From an uncultured Bacillota bacterium (GTDB lineage Bacteria; Bacillota_I; Bacilli_A; RFN20; CAG-288): a stretch of 64,000 nucleotides of DNA. The stretch lies in NCBI GenBank assembly GCA_949299015.1, contig CASFYT010000006.1, positions 16,457 through 80,456 of the forward strand, written 5' to 3'. This document shows, one piece after another, positions 34,004-42,055 of this stretch. The notes beneath the pieces were generated by a model. That model was not told the DNA's origin and ran no database searches. It saw nothing but the letters and a program-made list of their open reading frames with translations. The translations under genes were made by a program, and so were the position numbers. Position 1 is the stretch's first letter, and every line of letters begins with the position of its first letter.

Positions 34004-35661
34004 CAGTCCGGAAGCCGGTCGAAGAGCTTCAGGAGGGCGCGCGCTCCCTCCTTGGGTCCGTTTCTCCGGTCGAGGGACAGGCGCGTATACAGCCGTCCGA
34101 CGGGGATGTCCGCTGCGAAGAGCGCCTGGAAGTAGTCGGGGATGATCTTTTCGACGTCCTTCTTTCTCTGCACGGGGCCAAAGGGGTTGGCAAGGAAGGT
34201 CGACACGAGCCCCTTCTCGGAGGTCGTATTCAATGCGACTCGTTCGCCAAGAGAAAAGTCGGTAATGGCATCTTCTACGTTTTTATAGAGACGAATTCCA
34301 CGTTTGGTATCGGTATAATTGTCCGCCAACAAAAAGGCGTCTACCGGATGGAAGGTATAGGTCGTCTCATAGTCTTCGATGGGGATGACGACGCGGGAAT
34401 TGTCTTCCTCGATGTTGAAGTATACGGCGCGGTCGGCGCTCTTGAGCGAATAGCCTTGGTCGAGGTCGTCAAGCCGGACGAAGGCGCCGATCTCGGTTCC
34501 GGTCGCATAGACGCGGTCGTGGATGAGATGGAAGGTCCCCATGTCGTCGAAGATGGTGTCGATCTGGTATTCGCCCCGGGAGAGGTTCTTGACTGCCTCC
34601 AGGGTCTCGCTCTTGCCCGCCCCGGAATCGCCGAGGAAGAAGAAGTTCTTGGTCTTTTCCCCGCGGCGGATGCGGACTCCGGCGCCATGGATCGGCAGCA
34701 GGTCGCGGTCGATCATGGAGAGGTTGAAGAGCGTGAGGACCATCTTCTTGGCATAGCCGAAGTAGTCGATGTGCGCCTTCTTCGGACAGACGCCGACATA
34801 GCTTCCTCCTTCCTTGTAGTAGTAGCATTCCTCGCCGGTGTTCTCCGTCCCGAAGAGGAGGATGAAGTCGAAGTTCCGCTCGCTCGAGGAGAGGATCGGC
34901 TCGACTTGGAAGAGGTTTCCTAGGGCGACGAGGAAGCCGAGATATTCGTCGTCGAAGTAGAGCAGGCCCCGCTGGTCGTAGACGTTGACGATGACGCCGT
35001 GGCTGTGCCGGAGGTCGAAGTCCTCCTCCTTGACGCGGTGCCTCTTTTCCTGGAAGAGTCCCTTCCTCTTGTTCTCCTGCGTCTTGAGGAGGAAGGGCGG
35101 ATCGGTGACGACGCTCTCCATCAGCGGGATCTTCCGCAGGAAGGACAGGTTCCGGGGAAGGGGAATCGCCTTGCGCGTGAGCAGGATCCCGGCGTTTCCT
35201 CCCGAGGGAAGGATGCGATAGACCGTCTGCTCCCTACCGCTGACGGTCTCGTAGATGTCGCGGTAGAAGCTCGCCAGGCGCTGCGAGAGCGTCTCGAAGA
35301 GGGCGATGAACTGACGGTGCGTGATCCTGTCGGCGCTGGAGTTGTCGTAGAGGACGTAGCGTTCCTTCTGTCGATAGAAATCGTAGAGGGAGTCGATGAG
35401 GTTGAGCAGGTCGTCCCTCTTCTGCATCGAGAGCCCACGCAGGAAGGACATCGTCCGCTCGTCGCGGGTGAGGATCTGGTGGAGGAAGATCTTGGCGGTC
35501 TTGGGACCGTATTCGCGATAGTAGGCGGAATTGGGCCTTTCGGCCTTCTCCGATTCCCGGAAGTAGGCGGACAGGAGGCGTTCGAAGAGAGGATGGTCGA
35601 TGATCTCGTCGTTGGTCAGGGAGGCGACGTCCTTGTCCAGGGGCAGCAGGATCTTGTTCAT
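34003..35661 (-). CDS. PEPCK(ATP)/HprK-fold P-loop protein with an unrelated N-terminal half; function unknown
   Basis: The internal ATG at 35661 forms an ATGA overlap with the upstream gene. The C-terminal half is colinear with remembered PckA motifs: GYAKK, LPIHG, FFFLGDSGAGKSE, IFDDMG, DNSRVVIP and FLLADNY. No GRSPKDK-type motif is present. Confidence 0.7.
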   Translation of the reverse strand: MNKILLPLDKDVASLTNDEIIDHPLFERLLSAYFRESEKAERPNSAYYREYGPKTAKIFLHQILTRDERTMSFLRGLSMQKRDDLLNLIDSLYDFYRQKERYVLYDNSSADRITHRQFIALFETLSQRLASFYRDIYETVSGREQTVYRILPSGGNAGILLTRKAIPLPRNLSFLRKIPLMESVVTDPPFLLKTQENKRKGLFQEKRHRVKEEDFDLRHSHGVIVNVYDQRGLLYFDDEYLGFLVALGNLFQVEPILSSSERNFDFILLFGTENTGEECYYYKEGGSYVGVCPKKAHIDYFGYAKKMVLTLFNLSMIDRDLLPIHGAGVRIRRGEKTKNFFFLGDSGAGKSETLEAVKNLSRGEYQIDTIFDDMGTFHLIHDRVYATGTEIGAFVRLDDLDQGYSLKSADRAVYFNIEEDNSRVVIPIEDYETTYTFHPVDAFLLADNYTDTKRGIRLYKNVEDAITDFSLGERVALNTTSEKGLVSTFLANPFGPVQRKKDVEKIIPDYFQALFAADIPVGRLYTRLSLDRRNGPKEGARALLKLFDRLPD

Positions 35662-36842
35662 GAAAGCCTCCTTTCGAGTTCCTCGAGCTCGGCGACGGAA
35701 AGGCCGCTCACCGCGATCCGGATCCGCCTTCCGTCGATCGGAGCGAAGTAGATGTCCTTCCGTTCCAGTTCCTGGCAGAAGGAGAGGGCATCGTCGACTT
35801 CGAAGGTGAGGTAGAATCCGCCTTTGTAGGGGAAGTGGTGGATTCCCTTCCGGTCCAGGAGGCGTTCCAGGCGCTCGCCCATCTTCAACAGGCGCTGGCT
35901 TTCCATCTGGATCTTCTCGCGGGTGACGTAGAGGGCCGGGGCGTTGTGGAAGAATTCGGCCATCGGCCCCATCGCTCCGTTGTTGACGCAGCTGTAGGTT
36001 CCTCGGGCGATGCTCTTGAGGTCCTCGAGGAGTTCGGCGTGGTTCTTCCCCTTCTCTAGGAGGGCGAAGAGGGCTCCCAGGCGCAACCCGTAGAGACCGA
36101 AGGACTTCGAGGCGGAGAAGGCGAAGAAGAGGTCGAAATCCCACGTCTTCTCGCAGAGGATCTCCCAGAGGGGGAAAGTGCCAGGGTGATAGTCGACATA
36201 GGCGATGTCCAAAAGCAGGGTGACCTTTCGCCGATAGCCTTCCAGAAGCTGGAAGAGCTCGCGATATTCCTTTTCGTCCATGCAGTATCCCAAAGGGTTC
36301 TGGCAGGGGTCGTTGATGACGACAAGGACGCTTCCGCTGGAGAGAAGGGACGCATCGATCTTTGCCTTGATGTCATTGATGTTCAACCTTTCATCTTCGT
36401 TGAACAAGGAATAAAGGGAAAAGCCGATTCCAGCTTCCTTTGCCAGGGTGTCATAATTTGGCCAGCGGATGTCGCTCAGGAGGAGATGGGCATTTTCCTG
36501 AGCGAAGTGCTTGAAGGCAAGGTAGAGCGCGCCCGTTCCTCCCAGCGAGGCAGAGAAGGCGATGGAATAGCGATGGGCGATCCTTTCCTTCTCCAAGGGG
36601 AAGAGCCATTGCAGGACGCCCTCCTCGTATTCCTTGCTCCCGAGGACGGAGGGATAGGCCAGATAGCTCGAAAAGCGCTCCTGGATCGTCTGGTTGACGC
36701 TTTCGAAGGTGCAGAGACTCTTGTCTTCCTCGAAGAGCATGCCGGCACATCCGTTGAGGACGAGATGCCCTTCCTTCCTTCTCTTCACGGCCCTCTCCTG
36801 GATGGAGAGGATGTCGTACTTCATGTTCGTTTCCATTCTCAT
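35658..36842 (-). CDS. class-I aminotransferase, AspC/TyrB (I-alpha) type
   Basis: Motifs DPCQNPLG, DIAYVDY, SASKSFGLYGLRLG (PLP lysine) and GRRIRIAVSGL. ATGA overlaps at both ends. Confidence 0.88.
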   Translation of the reverse strand: MRMETNMKYDILSIQERAVKRRKEGHLVLNGCAGMLFEEDKSLCTFESVNQTIQERFSSYLAYPSVLGSKEYEEGVLQWLFPLEKERIAHRYSIAFSASLGGTGALYLAFKHFAQENAHLLLSDIRWPNYDTLAKEAGIGFSLYSLFNEDERLNINDIKAKIDASLLSSGSVLVVINDPCQNPLGYCMDEKEYRELFQLLEGYRRKVTLLLDIAYVDYHPGTFPLWEILCEKTWDFDLFFAFSASKSFGLYGLRLGALFALLEKGKNHAELLEDLKSIARGTYSCVNNGAMGPMAEFFHNAPALYVTREKIQMESQRLLKMGERLERLLDRKGIHHFPYKGGFYLTFEVDDALSFCQELERKDIYFAPIDGRRIRIAVSGLSVAELEELERRLS

Positions 36843-37765
36843 TCGCCTTTCTCCAGGGCGAGGAGCTCTGGCAGGGTCTCGACGTTCTTCCGGACGGTCC
36901 GCTCGGCTTCGGCATATTCCTTCCCTTCCTCGGAAGCGAAGGACTCCCCCTCGGGAAGGGGACGGATTCCCTTTTGGCTCACGAGGAACTTCCGGGAGAT
37001 GGAGATTCCCTTTTCCTTCAGGGGAAGGGAGAGGGGGAGGACGGTCTCGATGTCTCCCGTCCTCGCTTCGAGGATGGTCCGGATGGTGGCGGCGATTCCT
37101 TCCGTGGTGGCGCCACGACGCCGGGCGATGTCCGTTCCCCGTTCGACGACCCGCCTTTTCGCTTCTTCCTGCTCCTTTGCATCCCGCTGGGAGAAGGAGA
37201 CGAGGCCGATCCGCGTCTCCTGGCTGAGGAGGACGGCGTTGGGACCGTGCTCGCCGACGACCATCGGGAAGATCTCTTCGTTCTCGATTCCTTCCCTTTC
37301 GTGGAGGAAACGGCCAAGCCGAGCCGCTTCCAGCAACGTTCCGGTTCCGTATACCAGGTTTTCCTTCAGCAGGAGGCTCATCGCGTAGGTCATGACGTCG
37401 AGCGGATTGGTGGCGAGGAGGACGTCGTTCCGGTATCCGGCCCCCGAGAGCTGGCGGGCGATGTCCCGGACGATGGCGAAGGCGTCGGCCATCCCGCTGT
37501 TCCGGTCCCCGCCTTTGTCGACGCTCGGCCTTGTCCCTGCCGTGACGATGACATAGTCCAAGGAGGCGATGTCCGCTTCCGTTCCGCGATGGAATTCGGG
37601 GCCGCCCAACAGGAACTGGGCGTCGTTGAGGTCCCAGACGAAGCCCTCGATGGCGGAATCGTCCGGTCCGAAGAGGAAGACGTCCTTGGCGAGGTCCGTC
37701 CCGGAGAGGCGGCTTGCGACAGAACGCCCGACGTTTCCGATGCCGAAGATGCCGATTCGATCCAT
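36839..37765 (-). CDS. divergent L-lactate/malate dehydrogenase-family protein
   Basis: Internal ATG at 37765 with an AGGGAGGA RBS. Motifs: IGIFGIGNVG (Rossmann), GTGTLLEAARLGRF and VVGEHGPN (catalytic His). The substrate loop TAGTRPSVDKGGDRNSG is atypical. Confidence 0.8.
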   Translation of the reverse strand: MDRIGIFGIGNVGRSVASRLSGTDLAKDVFLFGPDDSAIEGFVWDLNDAQFLLGGPEFHRGTEADIASLDYVIVTAGTRPSVDKGGDRNSGMADAFAIVRDIARQLSGAGYRNDVLLATNPLDVMTYAMSLLLKENLVYGTGTLLEAARLGRFLHEREGIENEEIFPMVVGEHGPNAVLLSQETRIGLVSFSQRDAKEQEEAKRRVVERGTDIARRRGATTEGIAATIRTILEARTGDIETVLPLSLPLKEKGISISRKFLVSQKGIRPLPEGESFASEEGKEYAEAERTVRKNVETLPELLALEKGE

Positions 37766-37925
37766 ATCCTGTCCTCCCTGTTTTCTGTGCCTTATTCTAT
37801 CAAAAAACGGCTTCCGTGGTCGCTGTTTGTTGTATCTTGTTTGGAGAGGACGACCAACCGACCTCCCCAGGATTGCCGACAGGGAATCTCTGCCTGCAAA
37901 GGTGGGAGGAGACAAGGAGGGAAGA

Positions 37926-38759
37926 ATGAAACGGGTACTGGATCGTGAGCTTTCGCGCATTGCCGATGAACAGACGATGGAGACCGGCCTCCCATCCCTT
38001 GAATTGATGGAAAGAGCAGGCCGACAATGTTTTTTATCTCTTTTTCCTGAATTGAAAAAGGATGATAGAATTCTCATCCTTTGCGGAAGCGGAGGAAATG
38101 GCGGAGATGGATACGTCCTCGGGCGCTATCTGTCGGATGCGGGGATGGACGTTTCCTGCCTTGCGGTCCTGCCACCGCGGAGCGAAGGTTCCGTGGTCAA
38201 TCGTCGACGCTATCAAGGCCGGATGGTCTTCGAAGTGGAGGAGGACTATTCGTTCGTCGTCGATGCCGTCTTTGGGACGGGGATGGCTCGAACCGTCGAA
38301 GGGAGGCCGAGAAGTCTTCTCGCCCAGGCCGCTTCCTGTCGTGGAAGGAAGGTATCCATCGACGTTCCGTCGGGAATGGATGCGACGACGGGAGCGTCGC
38401 TCGGATTCCTCTTTCCGGCGGATCTGGTCCTCACCATCCAGTTTCATAAGCTGGGCTTCTTCCTCGCCGACCTCGATCTGAGTCGCATCCGCCTTTTGGA
38501 CATCGGCATTCTGCCTCCGCCTGAGGGAGGAGCCTTCCTCCTGGAAGAGGGGGATCCCATCCCGGACGGCTTCTTTCATCCGCGTCCTCTGACGGCTGGG
38601 GAGTTCTCCCGCCTTGAAAGGGCGACGAGGGCGCAAAATCTGCTTTCGATGGCACGAGAACTGTCGGACATCGCGAAGGATTTGACCTTCGAGACCTCTC
38701 GCTACCGCATCCTTCTTTCGGAGGGCCGGGCCTGGATCAAGAGGAGGGATGTGAAATGA
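37926..38759 (+). CDS. nnrE: NAD(P)H-hydrate epimerase (YjeF N-terminal domain only) with a ~65-aa C-terminal tail
   Basis: Motifs ILILCGSGGNGGDGYV, DAVFGTG and IDVPSG. No carbohydrate-kinase (NnrD) domain is present. Confidence 0.8.
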   Translation: MKRVLDRELSRIADEQTMETGLPSLELMERAGRQCFLSLFPELKKDDRILILCGSGGNGGDGYVLGRYLSDAGMDVSCLAVLPPRSEGSVVNRRRYQGRMVFEVEEDYSFVVDAVFGTGMARTVEGRPRSLLAQAASCRGRKVSIDVPSGMDATTGASLGFLFPADLVLTIQFHKLGFFLADLDLSRIRLLDIGILPPPEGGAFLLEEGDPIPDGFFHPRPLTAGEFSRLERATRAQNLLSMARELSDIAKDLTFETSRYRILLSEGRAWIKRRDVK

Positions 38760-39547
38760 AGGCGAGAATCGTTCTGGTGACAGGAGACTCTTCGGGCTTC
38801 GGCCTGGAGATGGTCAAGGCATTTCTGGAGAAGGGGGATCGGGTCTACGGGCTTTCCCGCCGCTGCTTCTCCTATCCGGGACTGGTCCATTTCCGAGGGG
38901 ACGTCGCGTCCAGGGAGGATGTCGCCAGCGCCTTGAAGGAGATCGAACGTCGGGAGGGACGGCTGGACATCCTGGTCAACAACGCCGGATACGGCATCTT
39001 CTCGGCGATCGAGGAGACCCCTCTCGAGGAGATGCGCCGGCTCTACGAGGTCAACGTCCTCGGCGCGGTGCTGGTCACCCAGGAAGCCCTGCCGCTTCTG
39101 AGAAGGAGTTCCGGCGGAAAGATCCTCAACGTCTCCTCCATCGGCAGCGAGGTTCCCCTGCCCTTCCAGGCGTTCTACTCCGCCGCCAAGTGTTCCCTCG
39201 ACACGATCTTCGACGCCCTCCGCTCCGAGCTTCGTCCCTTCTCCATCTCCATCGTCTCCCTGCGTCCGGGCGACAGCAGGACGGCGTTCACCCGCCACCG
39301 CAGGATCCTTGCGTCCTCCCCGCTCTATCAGGAGCGGCTCCAACGCTGCCTCCGCCAGGTGGAAAGGGACGAAAGGGGCGGCTTTCCTCCTTCCAGGGTG
39401 GCTTCCAAGGCGGTCCGTGTCTCCCTTAGGAAGAATCCGAGGGAGGTCTATCGCATCGGCGCCAAGGACCGCTTCCTGAACTTCCTCTTCCACGCCCTCC
39501 CCCGCCGCGTCAGGAGCCGGATCGTCTGCTCGATCTATGCGAAGTGA
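38756..39547 (+). CDS. short-chain dehydrogenase/reductase (SDR)
   Basis: Motifs VTGDSSGFG, NNAG and YSAAK. ATGA overlap with nnrE. Confidence 0.9.
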   Translation: MKARIVLVTGDSSGFGLEMVKAFLEKGDRVYGLSRRCFSYPGLVHFRGDVASREDVASALKEIERREGRLDILVNNAGYGIFSAIEETPLEEMRRLYEVNVLGAVLVTQEALPLLRRSSGGKILNVSSIGSEVPLPFQAFYSAAKCSLDTIFDALRSELRPFSISIVSLRPGDSRTAFTRHRRILASSPLYQERLQRCLRQVERDERGGFPPSRVASKAVRVSLRKNPREVYRIGAKDRFLNFLFHALPRRVRSRIVCSIYAK

Positions 39548-39579
39548 TCTGTATTATCTGTTTTATCTGTATCATCTGT
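39547..39579 (+). repeat. four direct ATCTGT repeats with exact 9-bp periodicity abutting the -35 box
   Basis: tgATCTGTattATCTGTtttATCTGTatcATCTGTTGACA. The first copy starts at the last base of the SDR stop codon. Confidence 0.9.
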
Positions 39580-39607
39580 TGACAAATACGGGCCTCGGCC
39601 CTACAAT
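39579..39607 (+). promoter_or_regulatory. near-consensus sigma-70 promoter (TTGACA-17 nt-TACAAT)
   Basis: Read directly from the sequence. The -10 box ends 6 nt before the GntR ATG at 39614. Confidence 0.75.
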
Positions 39608-39613
39608 GAGGGC

Positions 39614-39961
39614 ATGGAAAGGCCGTCCCTCGCCCTCTACGAGACCATCTATCTCTACTACCGGCGCCTGATCGAGAGCTCGGTCTACAAGAGGGGGGAC
39701 ATGCTCCCCTCGGTCCGCTCCGAGGCTCTCTCCCGAGGCGTGAATCCGACCACCGTCCTGCGCGCCTATCGCCGCCTCGAGGAAGAAGGCTATCTCGTGA
39801 CGATTCCCAAGAAGGGAATCTACGTTTCCTATGGCGGGAACTGCGAACGCCTGTCCTACCTGAGGGAAGAACTGCAGAAACTCCTTCGTGTCGGCTACTC
39901 CCTCGAGGAAGTCAGGGAAGCCTTGGAATCCCTGGGAAGGAGGAGCGATGATCCAGATTGA
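39614..39961 (+). CDS. GntR-family regulator, short YtrA type (probably leaderless mRNA)
   Basis: KRGDMLPSVRSEALSRGVNPTTVLRAYRRLEEEGYLV is the winged HTH. The N-terminus is full length only from this ATG. Confidence 0.88.
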   Translation: MERPSLALYETIYLYYRRLIESSVYKRGDMLPSVRSEALSRGVNPTTVLRAYRRLEEEGYLVTIPKKGIYVSYGGNCERLSYLREELQKLLRVGYSLEEVREALESLGRRSDDPD

Positions 39962-40829
39962 ATCCGTCTCGAAGAGCTTTCGGGAAAAGACGGTCCTGAA
40001 GGACGTGAGCCTGACCTTGGACGAGGGGAGGATCTACGGCCTTGTCGGCATCAACGGAGCCGGAAAGTCGACCCTCATGCGCATCCTCGCGGGAATCTAT
40101 CGTCCGGATTCGGGCCAGGTTCGGATCGACGGCGTCGACGTCCTCTCCCATCCGGAGGAAGCCAAGAGGTCCTTCTTCTTCCTCAACGACAATCCCGAAT
40201 CGCCCCATTCGTGGAAGGCGGGGGACTTTCTCTCGTTCTATTCCTGCTTCTACCCGGAATTCGACGAAAGGGAATTCGAGCGCATCGTCGGCATCCTGGA
40301 ACTGGACGTCCGCAAGAGGATCCACGCCTTTTCCAAGGGGATGAAGCGTCAGCTCTTCCTCGCCCTGGCCTTCGCCAGCCGTTCCCGCATCCTGCTCCTG
40401 GACGAAGCCTTCGACGGCTTGGACCCCTTGGCACGGCTGAAGCTGAAGAAGCTGCTGATCGAGCGGCTGTCGGAAGGAATCACCTGCCTCATCTCGAGTC
40501 ATTCGCTGCGCGAGCTGGAGGACATCGCCGACGGATTCGGCCTGCTGAAGGGCGGAGAGCTGGTCGACTTCGAAGGGTTCCAGGAGGGGAGAAGGCCCTA
40601 TGCGAAGTTCCAGATGGCCTTAAAGGATCCTTTCGACCGTTCGTGCCTTTCGGATTTGGACGTCATCTCCCTCAAGGAGACCGGCAGGGTCGTCGAAGTG
40701 GTCCTCAAGGGGGAGAGGGACATGCTGAGGAAGAGGCTGGAGGCGCTTTCGCCGCTCTTCCTGGAAGAGATGGAGATCAGCTTCGAGGACCTCTTCCTCA
40801 TCGAGGTCGAAAGGGAGGAAAGGAAATGA
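39948..40829 (+). CDS. ABC transporter ATP-binding protein
   Basis: GINGAGKST (Walker A), FSKGMKRQL (signature-like) and LLLDEAFDGLD (Walker B). Confidence 0.93.
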   Translation: MIQIESVSKSFREKTVLKDVSLTLDEGRIYGLVGINGAGKSTLMRILAGIYRPDSGQVRIDGVDVLSHPEEAKRSFFFLNDNPESPHSWKAGDFLSFYSCFYPEFDEREFERIVGILELDVRKRIHAFSKGMKRQLFLALAFASRSRILLLDEAFDGLDPLARLKLKKLLIERLSEGITCLISSHSLRELEDIADGFGLLKGGELVDFEGFQEGRRPYAKFQMALKDPFDRSCLSDLDVISLKETGRVVEVVLKGERDMLRKRLEALSPLFLEEMEISFEDLFLIEVEREERK

Positions 40830-41956
40830 ACGCGCCACGATATTTTTGGGATCGGTTTCGTCGTCTCCTCCCCGTGACGGGGATTCTGACGCTGATCTTC
40901 CTGATCTGCCATCTTTTGGAAATCCGAATGAGTAGCTATGATCTTCCAAGCTACGGATATCTGGTGATTAAGAATGTATCGCCAAGCATCTCCTTCCTGA
41001 CCTATCTTGCCTCGGTCTACGCCCTCTTCCTTCCGGTGGCCCTCTACTCCTACCGGTTCCGGCGGGAAAGCGAGGACCTCTTCTATGCGCTTCCCGTCGA
41101 CAGGAGGAAGCTGGCCCTTGTCCACTATCTCGTCGGAGCCTGTTCAGTCTCCGCCTCCTTTACCCTTCCCTACTTCCTCGGGATCGTGTTCCGGCTGTTC
41201 TCTCCCCACGACGCCCTCTGCTTCGGGAACTTCTTCAGCTACTATCCTGTCGCCCTCCTGCTTCTGCTCCTGGTCTTCTCGATGGGATCCCTGTTTTCCT
41301 TCCTCTCCCGGAGCACGCTGGAAAACGTCCTCGTCCTCCTTCTCTCCCAGCTCTTCTTCCTTCTCTTCTCCCTGCTGGTCTCGGAGGCGTTTGCGACGGA
41401 CTTCCTCTCCTTCGTTCCTCTGACGGGAATCTCCTACGTGACCGGCATCTTCGATACGCTGATCGGGCATTCCTATCGGGGCGCCCCGTCCTATGCGATG
41501 GCGCCGGCCGACGGGACCGTCCTCGACCTGGGAATCGTCCCGGGAAATTATGACGTCCCGACCTTCGTTCCCGGCCTGGTCCTCCTTGTTGTCCTTTCCC
41601 TTCTTCTCATCCCCGTCCTGCTGTTTTCGGTTCCTCGGGAGAAGAGCGAGGAGACGGGAAGGCCTTCGAGGGCCTGGTGGGGACTGCGGGGCTTCCTCCC
41701 CGCCCTGTATCTGGTCTCCATGGCCCTCTTCGGAGCCTCGATGGGACATCAGCTCGCATTGACGGAAGACGCCCGATGGACGCTCTCCGTCCTCTCGGTC
41801 CTCCTGTCCTCCCTGGCCTATCTCCCCCTGGACATGCTGCGTCGAAGGAAGATCTCCGTCTCGGTGGAGTCCCTGGTCTTCTTGGGGGTCGGGCTGGCTC
41901 TCTTCGGCCTCTCCGTCCCTGTTGCCCAGTCGACCTGGAATGCCCGCCTTTCCTAG
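40826..41956 (+). CDS. multi-pass membrane protein, putative permease partner of the ABC ATPase
   Basis: ATGA overlap with the upstream gene. Length 376 aa with more than 8 hydrophobic segments. Operon layout is ytrA-like. Confidence 0.75.
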   Translation: MNAPRYFWDRFRRLLPVTGILTLIFLICHLLEIRMSSYDLPSYGYLVIKNVSPSISFLTYLASVYALFLPVALYSYRFRRESEDLFYALPVDRRKLALVHYLVGACSVSASFTLPYFLGIVFRLFSPHDALCFGNFFSYYPVALLLLLLVFSMGSLFSFLSRSTLENVLVLLLSQLFFLLFSLLVSEAFATDFLSFVPLTGISYVTGIFDTLIGHSYRGAPSYAMAPADGTVLDLGIVPGNYDVPTFVPGLVLLVVLSLLLIPVLLFSVPREKSEETGRPSRAWWGLRGFLPALYLVSMALFGASMGHQLALTEDARWTLSVLSVLLSSLAYLPLDMLRRRKISVSVESLVFLGVGLALFGLSVPVAQSTWNARLS

Positions 41957-42055
41957 GGCTGAATCGTTTTCGTTGAAACGTCCTCCTTTTTGAGCTATCC
42001 TTGCCATGAGTTGCCTTCCGTCACTCGGAAGGACTGTGGAAAAGGAGTACCGCAT

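Noticed and set aside
39547-39579. The ATCTGT array as a CRISPR-like or mobile-element repeat.
   Set aside because: The units are only 6 bp with 3-bp spacers, there are four copies, and there are no cas genes or transposase. The array is a promoter-proximal tandem repeat.
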